From assembly GCA_017654855.1 (NCBI GenBank), contig CM030335.1, positions 2,232,001-2,296,000 of the forward strand: DNA of 64,000 nt, in the 5' to 3' direction. A program made the translations under genes and the position numbers. Below the pieces are notes generated by a model. The model made no database searches. It was given only the letters and a program-made list of their open reading frames with translations, and had not been told where the DNA came from. Source of the stretch: Podospora anserina (Eukaryota). Positions 35,974 to 50,157 of the stretch are shown piece by piece; the stretch's first letter is position 1; the number at the start of each line of letters is the position of its first letter.

Positions 35974-37877
35974 ATGGAGGCCACAAGTCGCACCGCCCTC
36001 CCTGATGGCGGCGGTCAGAAAAAGAAGGTCAAGGGTCGCAGCAAGTCGCCCAAGTCGCCCACCACCACTTCCAACGGCGCATCATCTGAAATCGCCAGAA
36101 AGTCGAGCACTCGTGTCAGGAATGTTGTCGACTACGACGAAAAGAGGGCTTTTGTCGGCTTGGACAGCGATCCTGTTGTCCCCCCTCCTCCTCCCCGCCG
36201 GCAGTCGCCCCCCTCTGCTCACCAGAATGGCAGCAACGGCAGCGCTGCTGTCAAGAAGACTGCTCACAACTCTGGCAACGGCAGTGGCCTCACTGAGCTC
36301 GAGGAGCGCGTCCAGGATTTGGGCGACTCGTGGGAGACGGAGTCTCTGCTGAACGACATTCTTGGCGATGTTCACGAGGATAGGTTCTTCACCGATGGTT
36401 TGTCAACCCCTGCCTACTACCCCGGCTGCTTCGCTCCAGGAAATACTATCTTCTCCCGAGGCCCTCCTCTCCCAGGCCCGGGGAGGATGAAGATGATGAG
36501 GAAAACTCTACCGATGATGACGATCAAGATGCTAACTCCCCTCCAGACGCCGATGCCTGCACCCCAGAAGAGGCAATCCAATACCGCCAAATGCTCCGCG
36601 CTTTGGGTCCTGAGATCTTTGTCCAGCGCACCGTCGACGCCGGCCGCATCACAGCCAAGAAGCTTCTCACAGCTTTTGGCGTCCGCCCACCGGACTTTTT
36701 GGAAGGCCAAGACGACGACGCCTACTTTTCTCTCCTGAGCTATGCGTTCACGAGGGAGCTCAAAAAGCGCGCCAAACTGACACGGTACAACACGGTCGAC
36801 GACGCCGTCGCCCTCCTCAAAGAAAAGAAGAACATCATCGTCCTCACGGGCGCGGGCATCTCCACCTCGCTCGGCATCCCCGACTTCCGCTCGGCCGGCA
36901 CGGGCCTCTACAGCAAACTCGCCCATTTGGGACTGAACGATCCGCAGGAGGTGTTTGACCTGTCGGTCTTTAGGCAAGACCCGACGATTTTTTACTCGGT
37001 GGCGAAGGATATCTTGCCGAGCGAGGACCGGTACACGCCGACGCATCAGTTTATCAGGATGCTTCAGGAGCGGGGGAAGCTGTTGACGAATTACACGCAG
37101 AACATTGACAACTTGGAGTCCAAGGCAGGGATTTTGCCCGAGAAGCTGGTTCAGTGTCATGGGAGTTTTGCCACGGCGAGTTGTGTCAAGTGTGGGGAGA
37201 AGGTTGTGGGCGACAGTATTTTTGCGGAGATCAAGGCGGGGAAGATTCCTCGGTGCAGGAAGTGTCCTTCTGGGCAGTCTCGATCTCAGTCGCGAAAGAG
37301 AAAGACAGCCAACTCTTCCAACTCGAAACGTCGCCGGGATTTCGACCGGGACAGCAATTCCGACTCGGAATTTGATCTTGTCTCTTCATCAGCGGGGGTG
37401 ATGAAGCCGGATATTATTTTTTTCGGGGAGCCGCTCCCGGATGAGTTTAGTCAGAGGCTGACGCAGCACGATGTCGACAGGGTGGACTTGGTGATTGTCA
37501 TCGGGACGAGCTTGAAGGTTGCGCCGGTGAGCGAGGTGGTGCCGTACCTGCCGAGCCACATACCGCAGATTTACATCAGTCGGGAGGCGATTGGGCACAA
37601 TAATTTTGACATTGACTTGTTGGGGGATTGTGATGTTGTTGTGGCGGAGCTGTGCAGGAGGGCGGGGTGGGAGTTGGGGCATGAGATGGTGCCGGAGGGG
37701 CAGGTGGTTGAGGTTAAGGCTGTGGAGGGGTGGGGGAGCAGGTGGGTTTTTAAAGAGGTGAAGGACGGGGATAAGGAGGATGGGGTGAAGGATGGGGTGA
37801 AGGATGAGATGAAGGAGAAGAATGGGGAGAGTGGGAAGGGGAAGAGGGGGAAGAATGGCGGCGGGGGAAAGAAGTAA
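35974..37877 (+). CDS. sir2: NAD-dependent histone deacetylase, Sir2/Hst1 class I sirtuin
   Basis: Intron 36398-36546. Motifs [27 protein letters not shown], CxxC...Cxx[10 protein letters not shown] and GTSLKVAPV. Confidence 0.95.
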
Positions 37878-38880
37878 ATTGGGGTGGGTGGGAGTTGAGA
37901 TAGGGTATGGCAGGTTTATTATGGCCCGGTAGAAGAAATGCATGGGTGGAGTTGGTGAATGGACGGTTGGGACTGTCTGTCTGGATGGTTGGGTTGGGTT
38001 GGTAAGGCAAACATGCTACGAATTGACTGGGAGGAAGGAAGCTTGACAACATTTTGGGCGAAGGTGTCTTTTTTCTTCTTTTCCAGACAAAAAAGCAGAG
38101 AGGGGACAGACATGATACCCGGGTTTTTTTTTCATCTACTACATCTTTTAGTCTTAGCTTTTTGCTGTTTTTTTTTTCGGTTTTTTTTTTCGGTTTTTTT
38201 AAGTATTATACAGATTTTGGTTTTTTTTTTTTGGTTTTTTTTTTCGGTTTACCTCTCTCTCTTCTCCTGCTTTCATTCCGGGAAGAGGTATTTTAGATAA
38301 TGTTGGACTACCCATTTTCTGTAAATCCTTTAAACTTTGCGTGATGGTTCGTGGTGAACAAACTAGCGGGAACATAATGACCGATTTCAGTCAAAATACT
38401 CAAACACCAAGGCGCACAGTAAATAGCACAAGTCCACACACATAACATCTTTTGTATTCTTCTTATTCCCCCATCCACCAACCACACTCCCAACTTTTTC
38501 GGCGCAGATATACATATATATATATATATATATATAACACCCGTGCGCGCGCGCTATGATGATGATACTGTAATCTAAGATTGGTAACGAACGACAGCGG
38601 AAAAGATAAAAAAACGCCCAAATTTCATCTATCACTTTCTTCGCTCAAACGCCCCCATGATTAAGAAAAAAGAGAGATACATGACAGCAATACCACCACC
38701 ACAACCAAACCAAAAACGCCTTAAAAAGAAAAACAGACATGTTGACTCAAAAGAGGAAATATTAACGATAGAAAAAAGAAATGAAAACGCCCTACAGCAG
38801 CAGGGCTGACACTGTGATATTGTTATACACACTTCCACAGGCATTAATAATACATTTTATCTGTTTTCCTCTCTACCTAC

Positions 38881-41800
38881 TCAAGGAGTAGGGGTAGAAG
38901 GCGACTTTGGCTTGGGCACATTAATAATCGGAACATCCTGGGCACTGGATGAAGACGACCCCTCAACCTCCCTCCTCTCATCCGTCGACACCCTTCCCGC
39001 CTGATCATCCTCGCCAATCTCCTGACCAAGAGGCGACGGCTTGGGCGGGAACTGGCCAAAATCCGGCTCGCCCCTCTTCTCAATCGGTGACCAGCCCGCC
39101 GCAATAGAACCAGCAACAATACCAGTCATGACCGTCGCCGCGCCCAACACGCTGTTGGAGCGGGAGCGGTTGCTTCTGCTGCGGCGGCGGGACTCAGGAG
39201 TAGGAGCGGTAGACCCATGGCTGTCCTCGCGGACAGGGGTCTGGGGGAGGCGGTGGATCGAGTTGGATCGGGAGTGCTCCCTGCTCGGGACGGGGCTGCG
39301 GTTGAGGAAGGTTTCGCGGGGGTGCTTCATGGCGAATTTGAGGTTGTTGAGACGGCCGCCCTTGACGCGCTTGAGCCAGGCGAGCTCCTCGTGAATGTCG
39401 GCGAGGGGCGCGGGGTAGGCGGTGAAGCGTTCTTCGTCGTCGGAGACGTTGATGCCGGGAACCTTGGAGCTGTGCTTGCGCTTGAGAACGCCGGGGACCA
39501 AGGCGACAATGATCTCGTCGGGGATGAGGCGGATGATGACGCCAACGGGGATGGAAAGGAGACCAAGAACGATGGCAGTCGCCCACATGGTCGGTGATTG
39601 GCCCTCATCGGCAATGCGGAAAGCTGTACCGCCAACCATGACAATGAGGACTTGACCGCCGCACATGACGGCGCTGATGCCAATGAACAGCCAGTTCTTG
39701 GTGAGACCCTCAAAGATGTTAAACTGGTTGTCAAGACGCCGGTTGCTAGTTGCTGTTAGTAAACGATCCGCCAATGGGCAATTTGTGGAAGGGCACGACT
39801 TACTTCCACTGGTTGAAGATCTGCATCCACACAAAAGTGTTGAAGACCAAGGTGTTGATCTGGCTGTCGGGAATGATCTCTGGTCCAGGGTACACGGAAG
39901 ACTTTCCGAAATAGAGCAGGAAGCAGATGAGAAGCTGGAACACGGCCTGTCCGAGGATCATCTTCCACATAGTAGGTGAGATGATCGAGGAACCCTTGCG
40001 CTCGGGCTTGCGGTTCAGCACACTGTCCTGAGGGGGGTCGGTAGCCAGAGCCAAGGCAGCAAGAGTGTCCATGATGAGGTTGACCCAGAGAAGCTGAACG
40101 GCGGTGAGCACAGCGGTAGCCTTTTCCTCGGGATGCGACTGGGTAACGGCAGAGTAGATGGCGGAGACAAAGGTCAAAACAACAGCCGTGACGTTGACGG
40201 TGAGCTGGAACTGGAGGAAACGCTTGACGGCATCGTTGACGGCACGACCCCATTTTAAAGCCTTGACGATCGAGTTGAAGTTGTCGTCCATGAGGATAAT
40301 AGCGGAAGCCTCCTTGGCCACCTCGGTGCCAGCGATGCCCATCGAAAAGCCAATATCAGCCGTCTTGAGCGCCGGGGCATCGTTGGTGCCGTCACCGGTC
40401 ACGGCAACGGTTTCGCCCTTGTCCTTCAACCGCTTAACCAAGATGCGCTTGTCTTCGGGGCTGGACCGTGCGAGAACGTGGAGGCGGGGAATGATCTCAT
40501 CTTGCTGAGCCTTGGTCATGTTGCGGAACTCGGGGCCTTCGAGAACCACGCTGTTGGGCTGGAGAATGCCGCAATCCCGGGCAATAGCCTCGGCAGTCAA
40601 CCTGTTATCACCAGTAACCATGCGCACAACGACACCGGCCCGCTGGCAGTCTCTGACAGCCTCGGGCACACCAGGGCGAAGAGGATCCTTGATGCCAACC
40701 ATACCGACAAAGACCATGTTGCGGCAGATATCCTCAAAGACAATCTCATCCTTCTCGGCATCGACGCGGCGGGCTGGCTTGGGGGGCCACTTGTCAAAGT
40801 CGCGGTAGATCAGGCCGATGGTACGGAGCGAGTTGCGGGCGTAAGTCTCAATCAGATGCTTGATGGTCTCGCGGTTTTCCTCGTGGAGAGTAGCCGAGGC
40901 CAAGCCCTGAGAAGGATCGCGGAGGATCTGGGTGCACTTCTCCAACATGATTTCGGACGCACCCTTGACATAAAGACGAGCCTTGCCATTCTCCAGCTGA
41001 ACCACGACACCCATGCACTTGCGTCCAGAGTCGAAGGGAATGAGGTGAAGGGTCTTGCTGCCGGAGCGCAGTTCAGCAACGGGGCCCATGGCAAGGTGCT
41101 CGCGAGCCAGAATAAGCATGGCGGTCTCCGTCTTGGAGCCGATGAAGGTGTGCTCGCCATCGACATCCCCCTCGAAGGCAGTCGAGTTGAGCGCGATAGA
41201 CTTGAGCAGCAGATCCTTAGCCTCGGGGCTGAGCATCTTCACCACTTCCTGGGCCTCCACATCCTTCTCGCTCCGAGGGCTCTCGCCCGGGATGGTGGAA
41301 GTACCAAAGCGGTGGCTTGTGCCGATGGTGCCAGCAACAACTTGCATCTTGTTCTGAGTCAAAGTACCCGTCTTGTCAGAGCAGATGGTGGTGGCATTGC
41401 CCATGACTTCGCAAGCCTTGAGGTGGCGGACCAGGTTGTTGTCCTTGAGCATGCGAGTCGTGGCAAAAGCGAGGGCCAAAGTGACAGCCAACGGAAGGCC
41501 TTCAGGAATAGCGACGACCACGATTGTGACGACCATGATGAAGATATCGATAAACTGCTGGCCCTTTTGCGCGGGGGTGAGCGGAGCGAATTGGCGGGGA
41601 AGCTTGACCAGGAAGATGATGAACAGAATCAGGAAGAGGAGGAGGGCGATGGCACCGCCGAGCTTGGCGATGGACTCGGCAATGACATTGAGCTTCGACT
41701 GCAAGGGGGTGATCTCGGGGTCTTCGTTGAGCGACATGAGCGTCTTGCCATAGCTGGAGTAGACACCGGTCGAGGTAACCATGAATGTACCGACACCCTC

Positions 41801-43215
41801 CATGACGCGGGCGCCCGACTGGATAAAGGGGTCCATCTTCTTCAAGTTCTCGCCATTCTCGATTGCCGCAAAGACCTCGTCGGAGGCACGCTTCTTGATA
41901 ATGTCGGATTCACCAGTGGCCTGAGACTCGTCGCACTTGACGTTGAAACCCTCAATGAGAACACCATCAACGGGGATCAAATCGCCGGGCTCCAAGTGCA
42001 TGACATCGCCAACCAGAACGTCAAAAACCGAGATTTCCACAGTCTTTCCGGATCGAACAACGCGAACCACACGATCCTGCTTCTTCTTGTTCAGCTTGGC
42101 GAATTGGCGTTCCTTCTGGAAGTCGTTCAAAGATCCAACAATAACCACGATGGTGATGGCGGCAATAATGGCAACACCCTCGATCCATTCTACACCGGGG
42201 TTTGTGGCGTCGTGCTCCTGACCGAATGTTTGATATAAGCCAATGGCCAGAGAAATGACGGCGGCAACGGACAGCAGGATCAGGACCTTGTCGTTATACG
42301 TGATCCACATGAGCTGGAGAAGATTCTTGCCCTTCTTGGCAGGAAGCCGGTTGTCGCTGAAGACGCGCTTTCTCGAGGAGAAGGCCCCCGAGTCCTGCCT
42401 GCCGGAAGCCGTCGCATGGCTATCAGTCTGGGCAAGCTTGGTGTCGGCCGAGCCGACGTGAGCGGTAGCCTCCTCAAACGTGACGCGCCCAGGAAGAGTA
42501 GCCTCGTCGGCGCCAAGACCAGTCGACCGGTTGGATCGCAATCCCTTCTCGATACCGGCGAGGCCACCCAGCTTGTAGAAGGCAGACAAGCTCTTGGGGT
42601 CGAACATCTTGTTCAGTTGGCCAGGGGCAAAGGCGAAAGGGTTGTCGTTGACCTGGAAATCGGCCTCCTTGCCCTGGTCGGGCTTCAAAGCATCCGGATC
42701 GTTCTTGATGCTGTCGTTGTCGGCAGCACCTCGGCTGGCCTTCTCCCCCAACGTAGAACCCCCTGCTACCGTGGTGTCGCCAATGGACGAGGTGATGGAG
42801 CGGTCATCATCAGAGTTGACAGAGTCCTGGCGAGGTCTTGGGGCGCCAGGGACGGTGAGCAGTCCCGGATTTGGACCGCGGAAGGAAGCAAAGGGGTTTG
42901 ACACATTGTGAGGACTTGTCGGCCTGCTCTCTCCAGAGAGACTCCTCTTGTGAGAATTTGTTGATGGTTCTGGCGTGGTGCCGGGTGATATTGGTGAGTT
43001 GGCGTCCACCTCTGGCTCGTTCGTGACAGGACTCGGGCTCACGGCCGTCGTGTCGATATTAATTGTTGGTCTGTATGACATTGTTAGGTGGGTGGTTGTG
43101 AGAGAGCAGTTGCGGCTCCCACGACGTTGTGAGCAGACAGGAAGGGGAATACATACGCTCTTCGGCGTCCGGAGGCGAAGTCTCCCTCCTTGGGACCATC
43201 CTGTGGTTCCGCCAT
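38881..43215 (-). CDS. pmc1: P-type IIB (PMCA-like) calcium-transporting ATPase
   Basis: Extra first exon 43215-43157 (MAEPQDG...RRRA|PTINID), introns 43156-43071 and 39803-39746. Motifs TGES, PEGL, DKTGTLT, KGASE, TGDN, GDGTND and LWVNLIMDT. Confidence 0.95.
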
Positions 43216-43909
43216 GTCCAGCTGATGGTGCGGGTCACAGTCGTCAGCGAGGGCGACGGATGTGAGCTGCGCCTACGGTGACACGAGGTCTAGAAAGCCT
43301 CTCCTAGTGGCGATGGGAGACGCGAAGGGGTGGTGTTGCGCAGATGTACGGTTGAGGTCGTCAGCTCTGAGCTCTCTGCCTTGTGTGTACTGCCACACTT
43401 GGGTCGGCAAACACAAACAGGTCTCAGGAACGGAGACTCATGGAGTGTGAGGTGAGTTGAGGTCGCCGGGTCTCGATCTGCGGGGTGCTATCTGCAGGCC
43501 TCCCTTGGGGAAAAGGTAAAAGAATTAAGAATTGGAATTGGGTTGATGAGGCAGAGTCGGTGAGGCAATCGGGGAGGTCCCCTGGGGTCCAGAGCGGCAG
43601 TTGGACGGTTGTTATGGAGTTTTTTGAGGGTGAGGCAGTGCAAGCAACGCTATAACATTTGTTTCGAGGTCCAAGATGTCTGGCGCGTGCAGTTACCAAG
43701 GTCGTACTCCAACAAAAGAGCAAAGGAGCGTGATGAATGGAAAATGGGACGAAACAAAGCAGGAAGCAGCAGGGAAAGTGAAGCCGCGCAGAACCACTGA
43801 CGACACAGCGGCTACGAAATTGGACCTGACCTGACCTGGAGACGGAATGGCCTGGGATGAGATGGGAGCTGTGTTTTCCCCTGTTGTTGGGACCCAAAAG
43901 GTGCCAAGA

Positions 43910-46408
43910 GAGGCTGTGCAGCGCCAGACGAATCAGAGACAGCGTGGATTTGCCATGTCACTTTAGCACCTGCGTACAATTTTCCCCATTCCCTACAGTG
44001 TGGGGTGAAAACAGAATGCCAAGCACGACAAGCTCAATGGGCCATTTCACCACGGCGACTCATTCCAATGCGTTGCGGCAGAAGGGCATGCTGCTACTCT
44101 CCCTGGGAGATCACCTTGTTCGGAGGGATCATGTTGGTGGGAGGTTACCTGCCTCTGTCTGTGTCACCACCACTACCGGGCAGTGCTTGACCCTCGGGGA
44201 GTACCACAGTATGTACCTACCACGACAGCAGGGCGAGCACTTCCCAACTCCTGTGCTCCTGAGCCCAGGGAGGGTGATATCCAAAACCCCAGTCACTAAG
44301 TTAAAAAGTAAAACTGTGCCGCCGTTATGCATCAGCCGCTCTGAGATGCCACCCTTTGGACGGTTGCCCCGTGCGCAAATCTGCCGAGACCGCCGTTTCG
44401 CACAGTGCTTTCCATCAATTATACAAAAAGAAGCTCCGTTCCACCTGCCACCACCCATGCATGGGGTACCAGCATCGAAATCGACTTGGAATTTGGACGG
44501 TTGTCACCTTCTACACTAGCCACGACCAGGTTCATCAGATTGCATCATGAGAGGAGTCCCGTCTCGCGAATCTCAACATCTCCAACAAAACGGTGTGTTG
44601 TCAGTTACGTTCCCTGACGTGTAATTTGGCTGGTGGACCTGATGCTAGCGTGCCCGCTGCATCGTCCTTGAACATTTCCCGTTTGCATCGGTGGTGCAAC
44701 ATCACAGCTTGATCATAGCTCGATCATAGCAACAAGAGTTGAAACATAATTTGAATAATAACTACTACTATTTCCTAACAACCAAGCACTCCTGTCACGC
44801 CCTCAGCCATGCTGTCGGTTCTACCTTCCAGAGACACAGCCAGCAGAAACAAGCTCCCAAGTCTGGTACCAACCCCACAGTCCGGGGGTGATCGTCACAG
44901 AAACATGCACACATGCATGCGCTCGGTCCAAGCAACACTCGACCAGCACAACCGCCGGCTTTTTCTGCAGAACCATCGATGCCCGTCTCACCATGTTCCG
45001 AATTGTTACATCTTGCACAGACGGGGCATCCGATCTTCTTGGCTGAGTGAGGGGTTCGTCTGAACTTGAACATGCAGAAATCGGCTCGACTTGCTCTCGA
45101 GGAGGGCATGAAACAAGACTTCCCCTTTCTCACTACCGATTGGCCAGCACCTGACGCCTCGACAAACATCCTACTCCCCATCAACTGACAGCTGATCATA
45201 GACAGGAGCTTTCCCATGACAGACTACACCTTTGGCTTTGACAGCAAACAGCAAAGCCAACCATCATATGGGTGCCCTTCATCATGCACAGTGACGGCCG
45301 CTTGGCCTCGTGGGCCCAACCCGACAGCCCACCCCCCCCAATTTGTCTGCGCTGCCAGCAAATGTAGGTGGCCCGATATTGCCAGGCCTATCAATATGTG
45401 TGTCGTCGGCATTTCCAAACTTTAGATGTCGATATCTGGCTATCAACTATCGCCCAATAGCATCACTTTTCCAAAGCCTGAGAATGAAACGCGGGGCACA
45501 ACGCAAGGCTTCAAAGCAAGATGACGGCACGGCTTCTCGATCACCATTGACAGCCTCATACCGTCAACATCCAACACCTCCCTCCCAGACCGAGACGGGT
45601 TGGATATTCGATTGGAACTCTAGCGCCAGGCTCGGTCCCATCCAGACCATCGAGTTTACCGGCTCTCGACCGTTCCGAGGTGGGCGAAACGGTAATCCCA
45701 AGCGGCTTTGATGGCTGAGCCGTCTCAAATTCCAAACCGTCCAGATACTCCATAGGCAAGGCAGCTATGGGGCGGCACTGCGGAGCATCTTCAAGATATC
45801 TTACAATAATGCGCGTGCTCGAAATCCAAGCCTCATCCCAGGTCCGCCTTGCTGGTGAAGGCACCGGGCATCCCCAATTGACTATAAAGGAGCATCCCGC
45901 CCGTTGGCACTGACAAAGAAGTTTTGAACCACCCAAGGCATCATCAAGGCACTTCCTCAGGCAGGCGGGGCTGGGAAACCGGGAAAAGCTTGAATGACTG
46001 AGGCATATCTGCCGAGACAGTCTCCAAGGCATATGATGCAACTCTGCTGAACAATAGTTTTTGGCCATCCAGGCACGTGTGGTCTAGAACAAGCTTGACC
46101 CATGCTCCTTCTAGAAGGTTGCAGGCACGCATTTATTCTTTGATTCCGACAACTACATCGAAGACGAGCTGCCTCAACAGGCAAGTCGCCGCCTGAGGCT
46201 TAGACGATCGAGATGTTCCAACAACAGCGATAAGCTCAATGTCCGGAACGTACCGACCATTTTTATTACATGTGTATTCTCGGGGAATCTCCCGGTCAAA
46301 CGGAGAGCGCAGCGTTTGCGATGCAAGGTTTATCACTTTACCAGTGGACGTCAGTCTCTCCCAAGGCGAGGCATACAAATCCACACGAGCTTCCTGATTG
46401 GCACAGCC
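43910..46408. promoter_or_regulatory. Candidate Crz1 (calcineurin-responsive) sites upstream of PMC1
   Basis: GAGGCTGTG 43910-43918, CACAGCC 44835-44841, CAGCCTC 45551-45557 and CACAGCC 46402-46408. PMC1 orthologues are established Crz1 targets, but these short motifs can occur by chance. Confidence 0.35.
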
Positions 46409-47568
46409 ATCCGATGGGATAGACATCGGCAGTCAGTCAGGCGATCACCACTGCAGGTGTAAGGAGACCCTCACGCATGTATACATATCAAATATCGGAC
46501 TTTAACTTTCTCACCATCGTCTTCTAAAGCTATCATATACACTCACTCGCCGCCCGGCGCGATAGAGAAAACGGGGGGTCTCCATTTCACCAGCCCTCTC
46601 GGACTTTGCAACTTCAAAATTCCCTCAGCGGGAACGGCGAATTTTCTCTCTCTGAGTTTTGGCCAGAAGAGGCAAAAGACAAACGCCGTGCTCGCAACCG
46701 AAGGGGGCTGTGCAAATGCAGACAAGAGTTTCGAGCTCCGCTCACCACCAAACAACTTGAAAGGGAATTTCTTGGCACACGAATGCCAACAGCCGCTGGA
46801 ATGGAACTGTGAAAGCATGGCATGATGGGTGGAAATCTGGAGAGATTGATGGCGGCATGTCTGATGATGATGAGATGTGGAAAAGATGGATGGGGTGTTG
46901 TTCGTCGTGATGTTGGCTTACAGCGAAGATGGTGGTGTTCGTACTCGGGAGCTAGCTAGGGAGAGACACGTGGGGATTGGGGAGAGTAGAGCACCAACAA
47001 GAAGATGAGAATATCAACTCAAGATCACATAACATCAACCAGCGGCGGCAGGCAATCTAGTCCTCATGCAGAACTGTCCCACAGAGTGGGTTTTGTGTAA
47101 CGTGGTCCCTGACCAGGACAACTGCGCTCAAGTTCTTGGGAAGGGAAGTCTAAACCAAAACCAGCATTGCCTGTTACAACTGTCAATGTCCAACAATCAG
47201 TATCTCGGACCCGATCCCGGCTATCAACCTCCACCGTCTCGGATCACCCAACTTAATCCTCCGGCTCCTTGTAAGTGCTCTGGACTGGACTGCCAAAACC
47301 GGAAGTCCCGGACAACCGGTTGGGAATGAGATGAGGGGGGAGAGAAAAAGTCTAAGCCACGATGCCAATGCTGTTTCTCTTGTTCACTTTTGCCATCTTC
47401 CACGTGTCGAGGTCGGCGCAAGTTTGGGCTGGTTGGGGAGGAGGAGAAGGAGGAGAAAGTAAGATGCCACGCGTTCGTTCTTTGCCAGGCGGACTTGACA
47501 ACCTGACCTGTATGCGACAACTCCTTTGGTTCATGATGAACTATGTCTAACTTGCACTGCCCTCTTGC

Positions 47569-47617
47569 CTCTCTCTCTCTCTCTCTCTCTTTCTCCCTCT
47601 CTCTCTCTCTCTCTCTC
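47569..47617. repeat. (CT)n microsatellite
   Basis: Directly visible. Confidence 0.9.
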
Positions 47618-49474
47618 GGGTTCCGACCGCTTGATGGTAGGTTATGGGAAGCGGAGGTCGAGACACTTGTTGAAGGGCACCCTGTCAAACACACACCATG
47701 TCAATATCAGAACGCAGTTACCTCAAGCACAACTCACCCAAACCCTTGAACGGTCAAACCTTGATATCTCTATTGTATTAGAGAGTGCTGCCACCTCAAA
47801 GACAATGCGTTACCTACTCAAAAGGCAGCTGATAGCAGACTTCACATTCTTCCTGACCACCAGGGTGGGGTGATAACACAAACCACCACGCCGCCCGCCG
47901 GTCACTGTCACCGTAGCCAAGAGAAAGCTCAAACTTTGCAATATCCAACTGCCTTACTGGCTTGGTATTTTTTTTATGCAAGAGCTCGGAGATCATCTCT
48001 TGCACTGCCTCTTCCTTTTGGTGGTAGTCTACCTTGGCCTTGGGTAGGGTCGGTGTTCTTGCGTACCTGCCTCGATGCCCGGTGACGAGCTCAACTCTAC
48101 CTTGGCGAAGGCGTGATGGAATGGAGCAATGTGGCTGGGATGAGGGGGGGATGTAGTTGGCACTGCCGTTTTGGTGAAGGAAATTGCCTCGTTCAATAGG
48201 TACCTGAATGGAATGTCAATTGTTTGCTGTCGGGGAAGAAGAGGGGTCCCTGGCTGCTGGATTGTGATGGGCGCTTCGGGGTGGTGTTAACATCCGGGGA
48301 TCTCTCCACTGGGCCAAGAGAAGATGGGAAGGTGTGACTGGCATATGATGAGGAGGATGAGAAGAGGGGTTTTGCACAGCCTGGGTTTGCGTGGTCTGGC
48401 TGGGAGATAGATGGTAGGGGAGGGTAGGTAGCAGTGGTTTGAGGTGTTGGCCGAGCCGTCTTTTCTGGAGATCACTGTCGCGGTGTAGGCTTGAGGAATA
48501 TTGAATACACACGCATGTTGTGGAGGGGGTAGTGGAGATAGTAACGTGAAGCTAAGGCCCTCGAACATAATCGACAGGCAATGAAAGATACTCGAAAGGC
48601 GTATGGACTATCTCCTACACCCTTGATATTTCATTGCAGTCTCTATTTTCCTCTCCATAGCGTGACAGGTCTTGACTGTATGGAAATTCTCAGTCTGCCT
48701 GTCGAAACTCCTTGGAGACCGGCGCGGCTAATGGCACAGCCTCTGAGTGCATCGATTGACGGGCAGACATCTCGATCGTGGATGTTGACAGGCAGACTGG
48801 GAAGAGATATCCCAGCCAGTATCTCAAGCAACCCATTCTTGCAACACAATACCTGGTTTTCCTGGCATGCGTCCCACAAACCTGGTACATGAATTGTCTC
48901 TACTTGTGAGTTTGCCGCCGGGTCACGATGATGAGCTTTGAGCTGGATACCTAGATACCTATCCTTTTCATGTCCTGTCGGTTATTTTGAGGGATGTGCT
49001 TTTTGGGTAGGCATATATCTAAGGTTTTTAACGGCCAGGGAAAAGTTTGCTCTTTTGGGAAGAAAACATAATTTTGAAGAAATGAAGAAATACATGTGAA
49101 GTTTCTTTGTGGCGTTTGGATTATACAAAATAGGCCAAAAGGGGTGCATCTAATTGGACTCAATGTCTGTGCAATCGCGACCCTCGTGTTAGGAAAACAT
49201 CCATATTCATGAGGCCTTTGGTTAACTAAATTTCTCATGGCGTTTGGAAGAGATGGTGTGATGGCTGAGTATCGGCAACTCGGCCTCCTGGCAGCAGACG
49301 AGGAAGTCTGAGGTATACCGGCCACAAAGACCTTGGTTGGTGCCCGTGGGATTGGAACTGTTGTGGACATCGTCGTGACACTCTGCAAGTAATGTTTTGG
49401 GCTATCCAGTGATGATCAGCCGGTGCTGAAGGATAGGCGTGGAAGCATCAAAGAATAATACATGCCTGAGAGGC

Positions 49475-49655
49475 ACCTCTATTATCTTTTGGGGTCTAAA
49501 GATTGTAGTTTAAGGCCTTCATCATTCAAGACCTAGTTGTTATTTTTTTCAAGGACTACTTGTTATTTTTTAAGGCCTACTTATTATCTTTTCGGGCCTA
49601 CTTGATATCTTCAAAGACATATATTTCCATCTTTTGAGGCGTCGGTTTTAGCCTT
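49475..49655 (+). repeat. Degenerate ~21-bp tandem array, consensus ~TACTTRTTATCTTTTAAGGCC
   Basis: Consecutive units tacttgttattttttaaggcc, tacttattatcttttcgggcc and tacttgatatcttcaaagaca. Confidence 0.8.
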
Positions 49656-50157
49656 TTTGCTATTTTGACTGGGCTGCAGGTACCACTGGATTGTGAGTTG
49701 AAGTCATTTCCATCTACCACTCTGCAACAACAGAGTGTCTTGGAATCTGTTATACCGCAGATAGAACCTGGGACGCAGAGATTTCTGGTGGCTGAACTAT
49801 CGTGAATATACCTTTTCTCATTCCGTATATAAATCGCGTCGAAATGATCATCTCACCTGACTTTCTTCTCTTCTCTGATCGTCTTTTTCTTGGAACGTCA
49901 CATCTCTCCGCATCTTCGTCGCAACAACACGATAACCACCATCTCGCGGGCATGTGAGTGCATGAGAACAGTGCCTTCTCAGGCTTCTCTGTTGATACCT
50001 TATACTTTCAACATGCCTTCCAACTCGGATAACCTTCACTACTTATATTTTCCCCAAGACAGAAGAGCCGTAGCTTCCCACCCAAAAAAAGCAAACTTTT
50101 ACCTGACCGTTAAAACCCCTTATGACCTCGTTTTCACCCTCACCTTGCCCCCCAACT

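Noticed and set aside
40478-42238. 586-aa + strand ORF
   Set aside because: Antisense shadow of PMC1, with no motifs of its own.
43079-43081. ORF-track start codon for PMC1
   Set aside because: It lies between the branch point and acceptor of an intron; the better start is 43215.
49475-49655. Repeat array read as CRISPR-like
   Set aside because: Eukaryotic context, degenerate contiguous units, no unique spacers and no cas genes.
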